Positions 15,001 to 28,074 of a stretch of 64,000 nucleotides of DNA are shown here, piece by piece. Positions within the stretch are counted from its first letter, which is position 1. The number at the start of each line of letters is the position of its first letter. The stretch is from positions 310,001 to 374,000 of the forward strand of contig CAXHJY010000264.1 of NCBI GenBank assembly GCA_964016885.1. Direction: 5' to 3'. A program made the position numbers and the translations under genes. Below the pieces are notes generated by a model that worked only from the letters and a program-made list of their open reading frames with translations, was not told where the DNA came from and did no database searches. Origin of the DNA: Eledone cirrhosa (Eukaryota).

Positions 15001-18000
15001 TAGATGTGCCACTCTAGATGTGCCACTGGTACAGCCAGTCATTGGGGTGTCACTCTAGATGTGCCACTGGTACAGCCAGCCATTGGGGTGTCACTCTAGA
15101 TGTGCCACTGGTACAGCCAGTCATTGGGGTGTCACTCTAGATGTGCCACCGGTACAGCCAGTCATTTGGGTGCCACTGGTACAGCCAGTCATTGGGGTGT
15201 CACTCTAGATGTGCCACTGGTACAGCCAGTCATTGGGGTGTCACTCTAGATGTGCCACCGGTACAGCCAGTCATTTGGGTGCCACTGGTACAGCCAGCCA
15301 TTAGGTACCACTCTAGCTGTGCCACTGGTACAGCCAGTCATTGGGGTGCCACTCTAGATGTGCCACTGGTACAGCCAGCCATTGGGGTGTCACTCTAGAT
15401 GTGCCACTGGTACAGCCAGTCATTAGGGTGCCACTCTAGATGTGCCACTGGTACAGCCAGTCATTGGGGTGCCACTCTAGATGTGACACTGGTACAGCCA
15501 GTCATTGGGGTGCCACTCTAGATGTGCCACTGGTACAGCCAGTCATTGGGGTGCCACTCTAGATGTGACACTGGTACAGCCAGTCATTGGGGTGCCACTC
15601 TAGATGTGCCACTGGTACAGCCAGTCATTGGGGTGCCACTCTAGATGTGACACTGGTACAGCCAGTCATTGGGGTGCCACTCTAGATATGACACTGGTAC
15701 AGCCAGTCATTGGGGTCCCCCTCTAGATGTGACACTGGTACAGCCAGTCATTGGGGTGTCACTGTAGATGTGCCACTGGTACAGCCAGTCATTAGGGTGC
15801 CACTCTAGATGTGCCACTGGTACAGCCAGTCATTGGGGTACCACTCTAGATGTGCCACTGGTACAGCCAGTCATTAGGGTGCCACTGGTACAGCCAGTCA
15901 TTGGGGTGCCACTCTAGATGTGAGATTGGTACAGCCAGCCATTGGGGTGCCACTCTAGATGTGACACTGGTACAGCCAGTCATTGGGGTGTCACTGTAGA
16001 TGTGCCACTGGTACAGCCAGCCATTGGGGTGCCACTCTAGATGTGCCACTGGTACAGCCAGCCATTGGGGTGCCACTCTAGATGTGCCACTGGTACAGCC
16101 AGTCATTGGGGTGCCACTCTAGATGTGCCACTGGTACAGCCAGTCATTAGGGTGCCACTGGTACAGCCAGTCATTGGGGTGCCACTCTAGATGTGAGATT
16201 GGTACAGCCAGCCATTGGGGTGCCACTCTAGATGTGCCACTGGTACAGCCAGTCATTGGGGTACCACTCTAGATGTGCCACTGGTACAGCCAGTCATTAG
16301 GGTGCCACTGGTACAGCCAGTCATTGGGGTGCCACTCTAGATGTGAGATTGGTACAGCCAGCCATTGGGGTGCCACTCTAGATGTGACACTCGTACAGCC
16401 AGTCATTGGGGTGTCACTGTAGATGTGCCACTGGTACAGCCAGCCATTGGGGTGCCACTCTAGATGTGCCACTGGTACAGCCAGCCATTGGGGTGCCACT
16501 CTAGATGTGCCACTGGTACAGCCAGTTATTGGGGTGCCACTCTAGATGTGCCACTGGTACAGCCAGCCATTGGGGTGTCACTCTAGATGTGACATTGGTA
16601 CAGCCAGCCATTGGGGTGCCACTCTAGATGTGCCACTGGTACAGCCAGCCATTGGGGTGTCACTCTAGATGTGACATTGGTACAGCCAGCCATTGGGGTG
16701 CCACTCTAGATGTGCCACTGGTACAGCCAGTCATTTGGGTTCCACTCTAGATGTGCTACTGGTACAGCTAGTCATTGGGGTGTCACTGGTACAGCCAGTC
16801 AATGGGGCGACACTCTAGATGTGCCACTGGTACAGTCAGTTATTGGGGTGCCACTCTAGATGTGCCACTGGTACAGCCAGTCATTGGGGTACCACTCTAG
16901 ATGTGAGATTGGTACAGCCAGCCATTGGGGTGCCACTCTAGATGTGCCACTGGTACAGCCAGTTATTGGGGTGCCACTCTAGATGTGCCACTGGTACAGC
17001 CAGCCATTGGGGTGCCACTCTAGATGTGCCACTGGTACAGCCAGTCATTGGGGTACCACTCTAGATGTGCCACTGGTACAGCCAGTCATTAGGGTGCCAC
17101 TGGTACAGCCAGTCAATGGGGCGACACTCTAGATGTGCCACTGGTACAGCCAGTCATTGGGGTGCCACTCTAGATGTGCCACTGGTACAGCCAGTCAATG
17201 GGGCGACACTCTAGATGTGCCACTGGTACAGCCAGTTATTGGGGTGCCACTCTAGATGTGCCACTGGTACAGCCAGTCATTAGGGTGCCACTCTAGATGT
17301 GCCACTGGTACAGCCAGCCATTGGGGTGTCACTCTAGATGTGTCACTGGTACAGCCAGTCCATGGGGTGCCACTCTAGATGTGCCACTGGTACAGCCAGT
17401 CATTGGGGTGTCACTCTAGATGTGCCACTGGTACAGCAAGTCATTGGGGTGTCACTCTAGATGTGCCACTGGTACAGCCAGTCATTGGGGTGCCACTCTA
17501 GATGTGGCACTGGTACAGCCAGTCATTGGGGTGCCACTCTAGATGTGACACTGGTACAGCCAGTCATTGGGGTGTCACTGTAGATGTGCCACTGGTACAG
17601 CCAGTCATTAGGGTCCCACTCTAGATGTGCCACTGGTACAGCCAGTCATTAGGGTGCCACTGGTACAGCCAGTCATTGGGGTGCCACTCTAGATGTGCCA
17701 CTGGTACAGCCAGTCATTGGGGTGCCACTCTAGATGTGAGATTGGTACAGCCAGCCATTGGGGTGCCACTCTAGATGTGAGATTGGTACAACCAGTCATT
17801 GGGGTGCCACTCTAGATGTGCCACTGCTACAGCCAGTCATTAGGGTGCCACTCTAGATGTGCCACTGGTACAGCCAGTCATTAGGGTGCCACTCTAGATG
17901 TGCCACTGGTACAGCCAGTCATTAGGGTGCCACTCTAGATGTGCCACTGGTACAGCCAGTCATTTGGGTGCTACTGGTACAGCCAGTCATTGGGGTGCCA

Positions 18001-21000
18001 CTCTAGATGTGCCACTGGTACAGCCAGTCATTAGGGTGCCACTCTAGATGTGCCACTGGTACAGCCAGTCATTAGGGTGCCACTCTAGATGTGCCACTGG
18101 TACAGCCAGTCATTGGGGTGCCACTCTAGATGTGAGATTGGTACAGCCAGTCAATGGGGTGTCACTCTAGATGTGCCACTGGTACAGCCAGCCATTGGGG
18201 TGCAACTCTAGATGTGACATTGCTACAGCCAGTCATTAGGGTCCCACTCTAGATGTGCCACTGGTACAGCCAGCCATTGGGGTGCCACTCTAGATGTGCC
18301 ACTGGTACAGCCAGCCATTGGGGTGCCACTCTAGATGTGACATTGGTACAGCCAGCCATTGGGGTACCACTCTAGATGTGCCACTGGTACAGCCAGTCAT
18401 TGGGGTGCCACTCTAGATGTGCCACTGGTACAGCCAGTCATTAGGGTGCCACTCTAGATGTGCCACTGGTACAGCCAGTCATTAGGGTGCCACTCTAGAT
18501 GTGCCACTGGTACAGCCAGTCATTAGGGTGCCACTCTAGATGTGCCACTGGTACAGCCAGTCATTTGGGTGCCACTGGTACAGCCAGTCATTGGGGTGCC
18601 TCTCTAGATGTGCCACTGGTACAGCCAGTCATTAGGGTGCCACTCTAGATGTGCCACTGGTACAGCCAGCCATTGGCGTGTCACTCTAGATGTGCCACTG
18701 GTACAGCCAGTCATTGGGGTGTCACTCTAGATGTGCCACTGGTACAGCCAGTCATTAGGGTGCCACTCTAGATGTGCCACTGGTACAGCCAGTCATTTGG
18801 GTGCCACTGGTACAGCCAGTCATTGGGGTGCCACTCTAGATGTGCCACTGGTACAGCCAGCCATTGGGGTGTCACTCTAGATGTGCCACTCTAGATGTGC
18901 CACTGGTACAGCCAGTCATTGGGGTGTCACTCTAGATGTGCCACTGGTACAGCCAGCCATTGGGGTGTCACTCTAGATGTGCCACTGGTACAGCCAGTCA
19001 TTGGGGTGTCACTCTAGATGTGCCACCGGTACAGCCAGTCATTTGGGTGCCACTGGTACAGCCAGTCATTGGGGTGTCACTCTAGATGTGCCACTGGTAC
19101 AGCCAGTCATTGGGGTGTCACTCTAGATGTGCCACCGGTACAGCCAGTCATTTGGGTGCCACTGGTACAGCCAGCCATTAGGTACCACTCTAGCTGTGCC
19201 ACTGGTACAGCCAGTCATTGGGGTGCCACTCTAGATGTGCCACTGGTACAGCCAGCCATTGGGGTGTCACTCTAGATGTGCCACTGGTACAGCCAGTCAT
19301 TAGGGTGCCACTCTAGATGTGCCACTGGTACAGCCAGTCATTGGGGTGCCACTCTAGATGTGACACTGGTACAGCCAGTCCATGGGGTGCCACTCTGGAT
19401 GTGCCACTGGTACAGCCAGTCATTGGGGTGTCACTCTAGATGTGCCACTGGTACAGCAAGTCATTGGGGTGTCACTCTAGATGTGCCACTGGTACAGCCA
19501 GTCATTGGGGTGCCACTCTAGATGTGGCACTGGTACAGCCAGTCATTGGGGTGCCACTCTAGATGTGACACTGGTACAGCCAGTCATTGGGGTGTCACTG
19601 TAGATGTGCCACTGGTACAGCCAGTCATTAGGGTCCCACTCTAGATGTGCCACTGGTACAGCCAGTCATTAGGGTGCCACTGGTACAGCCAGTCATTGGG
19701 GTGCCACTCTAGATGTGCCACTAGTACAGCCAGTCATTGGGGTGCCACTCTAGATGTGAGATTGGTACAGCCAGCCATTGGGGTGCCACTCTAGATGTGA
19801 GATTGGTACAACCAGTCATTGGGGTGCCACTCTAGATGTGCCACTGCTACAGCCAGTCATTAGGGTGCCACTCTAGATGTGCCACTGGTACAGCCAGTCA
19901 TTAGGGTGCCACTCTAGATGTGCCACTGGTACAGCCAGTCATTAGGGTGCCACTGGTACAGCCAGTCATTTGGGTGCTACTGGTACAGCCAGTCATTGGG
20001 GTGCCACTCTAGATGTGCCACTGGTACAGCCAGTCATTAGGGTGCCACTCTAGATGTGCCACTGGTACAGCCAGTCATTAGGGTGCCACTCTAGATGTGC
20101 CACTGGTACAGCCAGTTATTGGGGTGCCACTCTAGATGTGAGATTGGTACAGCCAGTCAATGGGGTGTCACTCTAGATGTGCCACTGGTACAGCCAGCCA
20201 TTGGGGTGCAACTCTAGATGTGACATTGCTACAGCCAGTCATTAGGGTCCCACTCTAGATGTGCCACTGGTACAGCCAGCCATTGGGGTGCCACTCTAGA
20301 TGTGCCACTGGTACAGCCAGCCATTGGGGTGCCACTCTAGATGTGACATTGGTACAGCCAGCCATTGGGGTACCACTCTAGATGTGCCACTGGTACAGCC
20401 AGTCATTGGGGTGCCACTCTAGATGTGCCACTGGTACAGCCAGTCATTAGGGTGCCACTCTAGATGTGCCACTGGTACAGCCAGTCATTAGGGTGCCACT
20501 CTAGATGTGCCACTGGTACAGCCAGTCATTAGGGTGCCACTCTAGATGTGCCACTGGTACAGCCAGTCATTTGGGTGCCACTGGTACAGCCAGTCATTGG
20601 GGTGCCTCTCTAGATGTGCCACTGGTACAGCCAGTCATTAGGGTGCCACTCTAGATGTGCCACTGGTACAGCCAGCCATTGGCGTGTCACTCTAGATGTG
20701 CCACTGGTACAGCCAGTCATTGGGGTGTCACTCTAGATGTGCCACTGGTACAGCCAGTCATTAGGGTGCCACTCTAGATGTGCCACTGGTACAGCCAGTC
20801 ATTTGGGTGCCACTGGTACAGCCAGTCATTGGGGTGCCACTCTAGATGTGCCACTGGTACAGCCAGCCATTGGGGTGTCACTCTAGATGTGCCACTCTAG
20901 ATGTGCCACTGGTACAGCCAGTCATTGGGGTGTCACTCTAGATGTGCCACTGGTACAGCCAGCCATTGGGGTGTCACTCTAGATGTGCCACTGGTACAGC

Positions 21001-24000
21001 CAGTCATTGGGGTGTCACTCTAGATGTGCCACCGGTACAGCCAGTCATTTGGGTGCCACTGGTACAGCCAGTCATTGGGGTGTCACTCTAGATGTGCCAC
21101 TGGTACAGCCAGTCATTGGGGTGTCACTCTAGATGTGCCACCGGTACAGCCAGTCATTTGGGTGCCACTGGTACAGCCAGCCATTAGGTACCACTCTAGC
21201 TGTGCCACTGGTACAGCCAGTCATTGGGGTGCCACTCTAGATGTGCCACTGGTACAGCCAGCCATTGGGGTGTCACTCTAGATGTGCCACTGGTACAGCC
21301 AGTCATTAGGGTGCCACTCTAGATGTGCCACTGGTACAGCCAGTCATTGGGGTGCCACTCTAGATGTGACACTGGTACAGCCAGTCATTGGGGTGCCACT
21401 CTAGATGTGCCACTGGTACAGCCAGTCATTGGGGTGCCACTCTAGATGTGACACTGGTACAGCCAGTCATTGGGGTGCCACTCTAGATGTGCCACTGGTA
21501 CAGCCAGTCATTGGGGTGCCACTCTAGATGTGACACTGGTACAGCCAGTCATTGGGGTGCCACTCTAGATATGACACTGGTACAGCCAGTCATTGGGGTC
21601 CCCCTCTAGATGTGACACTGGTACAGCCAGTCATTGGGGTGTCACTGTAGATGTGCCACTGGTACAGCCAGTCATTAGGGTGCCACTCTAGATGTGCCAC
21701 TGGTACAGCCAGCCATTGGGGTGCCACTCTAGATGTGCCACTGGTACAGCCAGTCATTAGGGTGCCACTGGTACAGCCAGTCATTGGGGTGCCACTCTAG
21801 ATGTGAGATTGGTACAGCCAGCCATTGGGGTGCCACTCTAGATGTGACACTGGTACAGCCAGTCATTGGGGTGTCACTGTAGATGTGCCACTGGTACAGC
21901 CAGCCATTGGGGTGCCACTCTAGATGTGCCACTGGTACAGCCAGCCATTGGGGTGCCACTCTAGATGTGCCACTGGTACAGCCAGTCATTGGGGTGCCAC
22001 TCTAGATGTGCCACTGGTACAGCCAGTCATTAGGGTGCCACTGGTACAGCCAGTCATTGGGGTGCCACTCTAGATGTGAGATTGGTACAGCCAGCCATTG
22101 GGGTGCCACTCTAGATGTGCCACTGGTACAGCCAGTCATTGGGGTACCACTCTAGATGTGCCACTGGTACAGCCAGTCATTAGGGTGCCACTGGTACAGC
22201 CAGTCATTGGGGTGCCACTCTAGATGTGAGATTGGTACAGCCAGCCATTGGGGTGCCACTCTAGATGTGACACTCGTACAGCCAGTCATTGGGGTGTCAC
22301 TGTAGATGTGCCACTGGTACAGCCAGCCATTGGGGTGCCACTCTAGATGTGCCACTGGTACAGCCAGCCATTGGGGTGTCACTCTAGATGTGCCACTGGT
22401 ACAGCCAGTCATTAGGGTGCCACTCTAGATGTGCCACTGGTACAGCCAGTCATTGGGGTGCCACTCTAGATGTGAGATTGGTACAGCCAGTCAATGGGGT
22501 GTCACTCTAGATGTGCCACTGGTACAGCCAGCCATTGGGGTGCAACTCTAGATGTGACATTGCTACAGCCAGTCATTAGGGTCCCACTCTAGATGTGCCA
22601 CTGGTACAGCCAGCCATTGGGGTGCCACTCTAGATGTGCCACTGGTACAGCCAGCCATTGGGGTGCCACTCTAGATGTGACATTGGTACAGCCAGCCATT
22701 GGGGTACCACTCTAGATGTGCCACTGGTACAGCCAGTCATTGGGGTGCCACTCTAGATGTGCCACTGGTACAGCCAGTCATTAGGGTGCCACTCTAGATG
22801 TGCCACTGGTACAGCCAGTCATTAGGGTGCCACTCTAGATGTGCCACTGGTACAGCCAGTCATTTGGGTGCCACTGGTACAGCCAGTCATTGGGGTGCCT
22901 CTCTAGATGTGCCACTGGTACAGCCAGTCATTAGGGTGCCACTCTAGATGTGCCACTGGTACAGCCAGCCATTGGCGTGTCACTCTAGATGTGCCACTGG
23001 TACAGCCAGTCATTGGGGTGTCACTCTAGATGTGCCACTGGTACAGCCAGTCATTAGGGTGCCACTCTAGATGTGCCACTGGTACAGCCAGTCATTTGGG
23101 TGCCACTGGTACAGCCAGTCATTGGGGTGCCACTCTAGATGTGCCACTGGTACAGCCAGCCATTGGGGTGTCACTCTAGATGTGCCACTCTAGATGTGCC
23201 ACTGGTACAGCCAGTCATTGGGGTGTCACTCTAGATGTGCCACTGGTACAGCCAGCCATTGGGGTGTCACTCTAGATGTGCCACTGGTACAGCCAGTCAT
23301 TGGGGTGTCACTCTAGATGTGCCACCGGTACAGCCAGTCGTTTGGGTGCCACTGGTACAGCCAGTCATTGGGGTGTCACTCTAGATGTGCCACTGGTACA
23401 GCCAGTCATTGGGGTGTCACTCTAGATGTGCCACCGGTACAGCCAGTCATTAGGGTGCCACTGGTACAGCCAGTCATTGGGGTGCCACTCTAGATGTGAG
23501 ATTGGTACAGCCAGCCATTGGGGTGCCACTCTAGATGTGCCACTGGTACAGCCAGCCATTGGGGTGCAACTCTAGATGTGACATTGCTACAGCCAGTCAT
23601 TAGGGTCCCACTCTAGATGTGCCACTGGTACAGCCAGCCATTGGGGTGCCACTCTAGATGTGCCACTGGTACAGCCAGCCATTGGGGTGCCACTCTAGAT
23701 GTGACATTGGTACAGCCAGCCATTGGGGTACCACTCTAGATGTGCCACTGGTACAGCCAGTCATTGGGGTGCCACTCTAGATGTGCCACTGGTACAGCCA
23801 GTCATTAGGGTGCCACTCTAGATGTGCCACTGGTACAGCCAGTCATTAGGGTGCCACTCTAGATGTGCCACTGGTACAGCCAGTCATTAGGGTGCCACTC
23901 TAGATGTGCCACTGGTACAGCCAGTCATTTGGGTGCCACTGGTACAGCCAGTCATTGGGGTGCCTCTCTAGATGTGCCACTGGTACAGCCAGTCATTAGG

Positions 24001-25827
24001 GTGCCACTCTAGATGTGCCACTGGTACAGCCAGCCATTGGCGTGTCACTCTAGATGTGCCACTGGTACAGCCAGTCATTGGGGTGTCACTCTAGATGTGC
24101 CACTGGTACAGCCAGTCATTAGGGTGCCACTCTAGATGTGCCACTGGTACAGCCAGTCATTTGGGTGCCACTGGTACAGCCAGTCATTGGGGTGCCACTC
24201 TAGATGTGCCACTGGTACAGCCAGCCATTGGGGTGTCACTCTAGATGTGCCACTCTAGATGTGCCACTGGTACAGCCAGTCATTGGGGTGTCACTCTAGA
24301 TGTGCCACTGGTACAGCCAGCCATTGGGGTGTCACTCTAGATGTGCCACTGGTACAGCCAGTCATTGGGGTGTCACTCTAGATGTGCCACCGGTACAGCC
24401 AGTCGTTTGGGTGCCACTGGTACAGCCAGTCATTGGGGTGTCACTCTAGATGTGCCACTGGTACAGCCAGTCATTGGGGTGTCACTCTAGATGTGCCACC
24501 GGTACAGCCAGTCATTTGGGTGCCACTGGTACAGCCAGCCATTAGGTACCACTCTAGCTGTGCCACTGGTACAGCCAGTCATTGGGGTGCCACTCTAGAT
24601 GTGCCACTGGTACAGCCAGCCATTGGGGTGTCACTCTAGATGTGCCACTGGTACAGCCAGTCATTAGGGTGCCACTCTAGATGTGCCACTGGTACAGCCA
24701 GTCATTGGGGTGCCACTCTAGATGTGACACTGGTACAGCCAGTCATTGGGGTGCCACTCTAGATGTGCCACTGGTACAGCCAGTCATTGGGGTGCCACTC
24801 TAGATGTGACACTGGTACAGCCAGTCATTGGGGTGCCACTCTAGATGTGCCACTGGTACAGCCAGTCATTGGGGTGCCACTCTAGATGTGACACTGGTAC
24901 AGCCAGTCATTGGGGTGCCACTCTAGATATGACACTGGTACAGCCAGTCATTGGGGTCCCCCTCTAGATGTGACACTGGTACAGCCAGTCATTGGGGTGT
25001 CACTGTAGATGTGCCACTGGTACAGCCAGTCATTAGGGTGCCACTCTAGATGTGCCACTGGTACAGCCAGTCATTGGGGTACCACTCTAGATGTGCCACT
25101 GGTACAGCCAGTCATTAGGGTGCCACTGGTACAGCCAGTCATTGGGGTGCCACTCTAGATGTGAGATTGGTACAGCCAGCCATTGGGGTGCCACTCTAGA
25201 TGTGACACTGGTACAGCCAGTCATTGGGGTGTCACTGTAGATGTGCCACTGGTACAGCCAGCCATTGGGGTGCCACTCTAGATGTGCCACTGGTACAGCC
25301 AGCCATTGGGGTGCCACTCTAGATGTGCCACTGGTACAGCCAGTCGTGGGGTGCCACTCTAGATGTGCCACTGGTACAGCCAGTCATTAGGGTGCCACTG
25401 GTACAGCCAGTCATTGGGGTGCCACTCTAGATGTGAGATTGGTACAGCCAGCCATTGGGGTGCCACTCTAGATGTGCCACTGGTACAGCCAGTCATTGGG
25501 GTACCACTCTAGATGTGCCACTGGTACAGCCAGTCATTAGGGTGCCACTGGTACAGCCAGTCATTGGGGTGCCACTCTAGATGTGAGATTGGTACAGCCA
25601 GCCATTGGGGTGCCACTCTAGATGTGACACTCGTACAGCCAGTCATTGGGGTGTCACTGTAGATGTGCCACTGGTACAGCCAGCCATTGGGGTGCCACTC
25701 TAGATGTGCCACTGGTACAGCCAGCCATTGGGGTGCCACTCTAGATGTGCCACTGGTACAGCCAGTCATTGGGGTGCCACTCTAGATGTGCCACTGGTAC
25801 AGCCAGTCATTAGGGTGCCACTCTAGA
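1..25827. repeat. Satellite A: tandem array, 41-bp monomer (14-bp GTGCCACTCTAGAT + 27-bp GTGCCACTGGTACAGCCAGTCATTGGG); runs off the left edge
   Basis: TAGATGTG recurs at 1 and 42 (period 41). Both sub-units start with GTGCCACT. Frequent 27-bp-only units (e.g. ~483) and rare 14-bp doublings (~784-820). Almost every full monomer has an XbaI site (TCTAGA). Ends abruptly at CTCTAGA 25821-25827. Confidence 0.98.
3520..10040. repeat. ~3247-bp higher-order tandem duplication within satellite A
   Basis: Diagnostic variants recur at a 3247 offset: TTAGGATGTC 3591/6838, GTGCAGCTGG 6311/9558, identical ORFs at 4618/7865. Boundaries approximate. Confidence 0.9.
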
Positions 25828-25933
25828 AGCACTTGTACTCAAATGACTGGATTCTTTGTTCCATGTTTGCTTTGAGAGTCCAACTCTCACAGCCATACAA
25901 AGCAATTGAAGTTACTAAGGACTTATATAATTT
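25826..25933 (-). mobile_element. Short RTE/BovB-like LINE ORF fragment abutting satellite A
   Basis: Manual minus-strand translation gives KLYKSLVTSIALYGCESWTLKANMEQRIQSFEYKCF*, the post-RT motif (LYGCExWT...R.xFE) typical of RTE-clade LINEs. Too short for the ORF track. Confidence 0.8.
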
Positions 25934-26162
25934 GTGAATTTGAAGCAACAGGGCAGAGGATTCTATCATCAAACTTTATATTTACGATTCAAATTAATAT
26001 TTTTCCCTTTTTGCTGAAGTGAAATAAAGATATAAATTCAACCAGAATTGTTATTTGTCGTTTCATCATTTCTTCCACAACAAATAAAACTTCGCTTCAT
26101 ATATAACTATGTATAAATGTATGTGTGTTTACATATGAACAGATGCATGAGTACATATATAT

Positions 26163-28070
26163 ATCATCATCATCATCGTTTAACGTCCATCTTCCACACT
26201 AGCATGGGTTAGATGGTTTTGTTCCATTTGATGCGGAAATGGTTGGGAGACCGTGTTTCGCTCACACGGAAGCATCTCTGGCAGATTTTTTTTACAGCTG
26301 GATGTCCTTCCTAACACCAACCACATTTACAGTGTGGGTCTGGGAGGTTTTTACCGTGTTGCCTACACAACCACCTTACAGTGTGGACTGTTGTGTTATT
26401 GACACAGTGGACGGAACGGGAGAGGGAGGATGGGGTAGGGTGTGGCAGTGGGGTGTACATTGAGTTAAGAGGTGCTTACTGACTGTAGGTTTGTATGTAA
26501 TGGCAGTCCAGTCTTCTGTACAACTGCATGACGCCAAAGATCTCGATCCAGTGACATTGTTTTAGAGAAGTGTAGGTGCGCAGGGTCAGTTTTTATCACC
26601 GCGTCCCAGGTTTTCCTTGGTCTACCCACTCCGCAGCTTCCATCAATTTTCATTGCTCTGCACTTTTTTATACAGCTGCCGTCCATCATACACATCACAT
26701 GTCCATACCAACACAATCTCCTCTCCAGAACACATTTGATACCTCTTATGCTTAGTCTCCCTCTTAGTTCGTTTATGTTTTGCCATCCGCACACATTACT
26801 ATTACACATCCATCAGAGCATGCAAGCTTCATTTCTTTCTAATCTATGCAGGTCTTGAGCACACAACGCCCAAGTCTCACTACCATGTAATATCGCCATT
26901 CATATACACGCATCATACAACCTGCCTTTAACTTTTAGAGAAAAACCTCTTGTGGCTAACAGCAATATTAGCTCTCTGAACGTTTTCCATCCAGTTCTAA
27001 CTCTGGCTACTGTACTTTCAGAGCACCCTCCTCCACTGCTGATTTTGTCACCCAGGTAATGGAAGGTGTCTACTATTTCTGTAGAACCATCTGGGCAGTT
27101 GAAGGAAATATCATCCAGTGGGTCCTAGCTACTTATTGCACCAGAGCACCGGCCACATATAAAATCTATATTCTTAGTTAGCTTACCTGTGATCCCACTA
27201 CATCTTTTATGCACTCATATTTTGCATCTGGGACATAAAATGGAGTTTCTACCTACTCCTTTCTACCTACACTGAGCATGGCCATTTCCCAGAGGGGACC
27301 TGTGCCCTATTCTCCTTTCTACATACTAGAACCTTAGTCTTAGACAAGTTGACTCTAAGGCCTTTTGATTCTAGGCCATGCTTCCATGTTTGGAATTTCC
27401 TCTCTAGTTCAGCCATAGATTCAGCTATGAGAGTTAGATGATCTGCGTATAGAAGTTCCCATGGGCAGCCGGTCTTGAACTCCTCTGTTATAGCCTGAAG
27501 GGTAATAATGAACGGGAGCATAAGAACGGAGCCCTGGTGAATCCCTACCATTACGCTAAAATCACTATATTCTTCGTTAATTCTAACCTTGCTGACTGTT
27601 CCTCTATACATAGCTTGTATAACTCTCACAAGCCATTTATCTACACCTAGTTTTCTAAGAGCCCACCAGATTAAGGAGCGGGGTGGGCTCTGTCAAAGGC
27701 CTTCTCCAGGTCAACAAAAGCTAAGTAGAGGGGTTTACTGTTAGCCAGGTACTTCTCCTGCAATTGCCGTACAAGGAAAAGAGCATTTGTGGTACTTGTA
27801 CCTGACATAAACCCAAACTGCATTTCATCTAGATCAATTTGGTCTCTGATCAGTAGAGTAATAACTCTTCCTGTGACTTTCATGACTTGGTCAACTAATT
27901 TAATGCCTCTATAGTTTTCTCTATCCAGGGCGTCTCCTTTGCCCTTGAAACAGTTGATAATGATGCTGCTACGCCAGTCATTTGGTATGACCCCCATTCT
28001 GTATTACTTGGTTTACTATCCGGGTGACCATAGTGTGTCCCACCATTCCAGATGCTTTCAACATTTCATC
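26163..28070 (-). mobile_element. 5'-truncated, decayed RTE-clade LINE (RT + C-terminus + 3'UTR + (GAT)n tail)
   Basis: Frameshifted ORF pieces: 27671-27997 (PNDWRSS..KGKGD..NYRGIKL..QFGFM..AFVDLEKAFDR), 27267-27629 (HQGSVL..LLYADHL, i.e. YADD mutated) and 26465-26809 (RRLCWYGHV..GRPRKTW). (CAT)n at ~26164-26177 on + is the tail. Confidence 0.93.
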
Positions 28071-28074
28071 TTCC

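Noticed and set aside
933-25769. Cys/His/Trp-rich ORFs (MCHWYSQ..., MTGCTSG...)
   Set aside because: The 41-bp period is not a multiple of 3 and TCTAGA places TAG stops on both strands. The ORFs only cycle through the frames of the repeat.
1-25827. CRISPR-like array (short palindromic repeats)
   Set aside because: No unique spacers, monomers are contiguous, no cas genes, and the context is eukaryotic. The same applies to satellite B.
25950-26160. Candidate terminal SRA1 exon after a minus-strand TTTCACTTCAG acceptor-like site
   Set aside because: The following sequence does not encode anything like the expected V.xWMVGVK motif.
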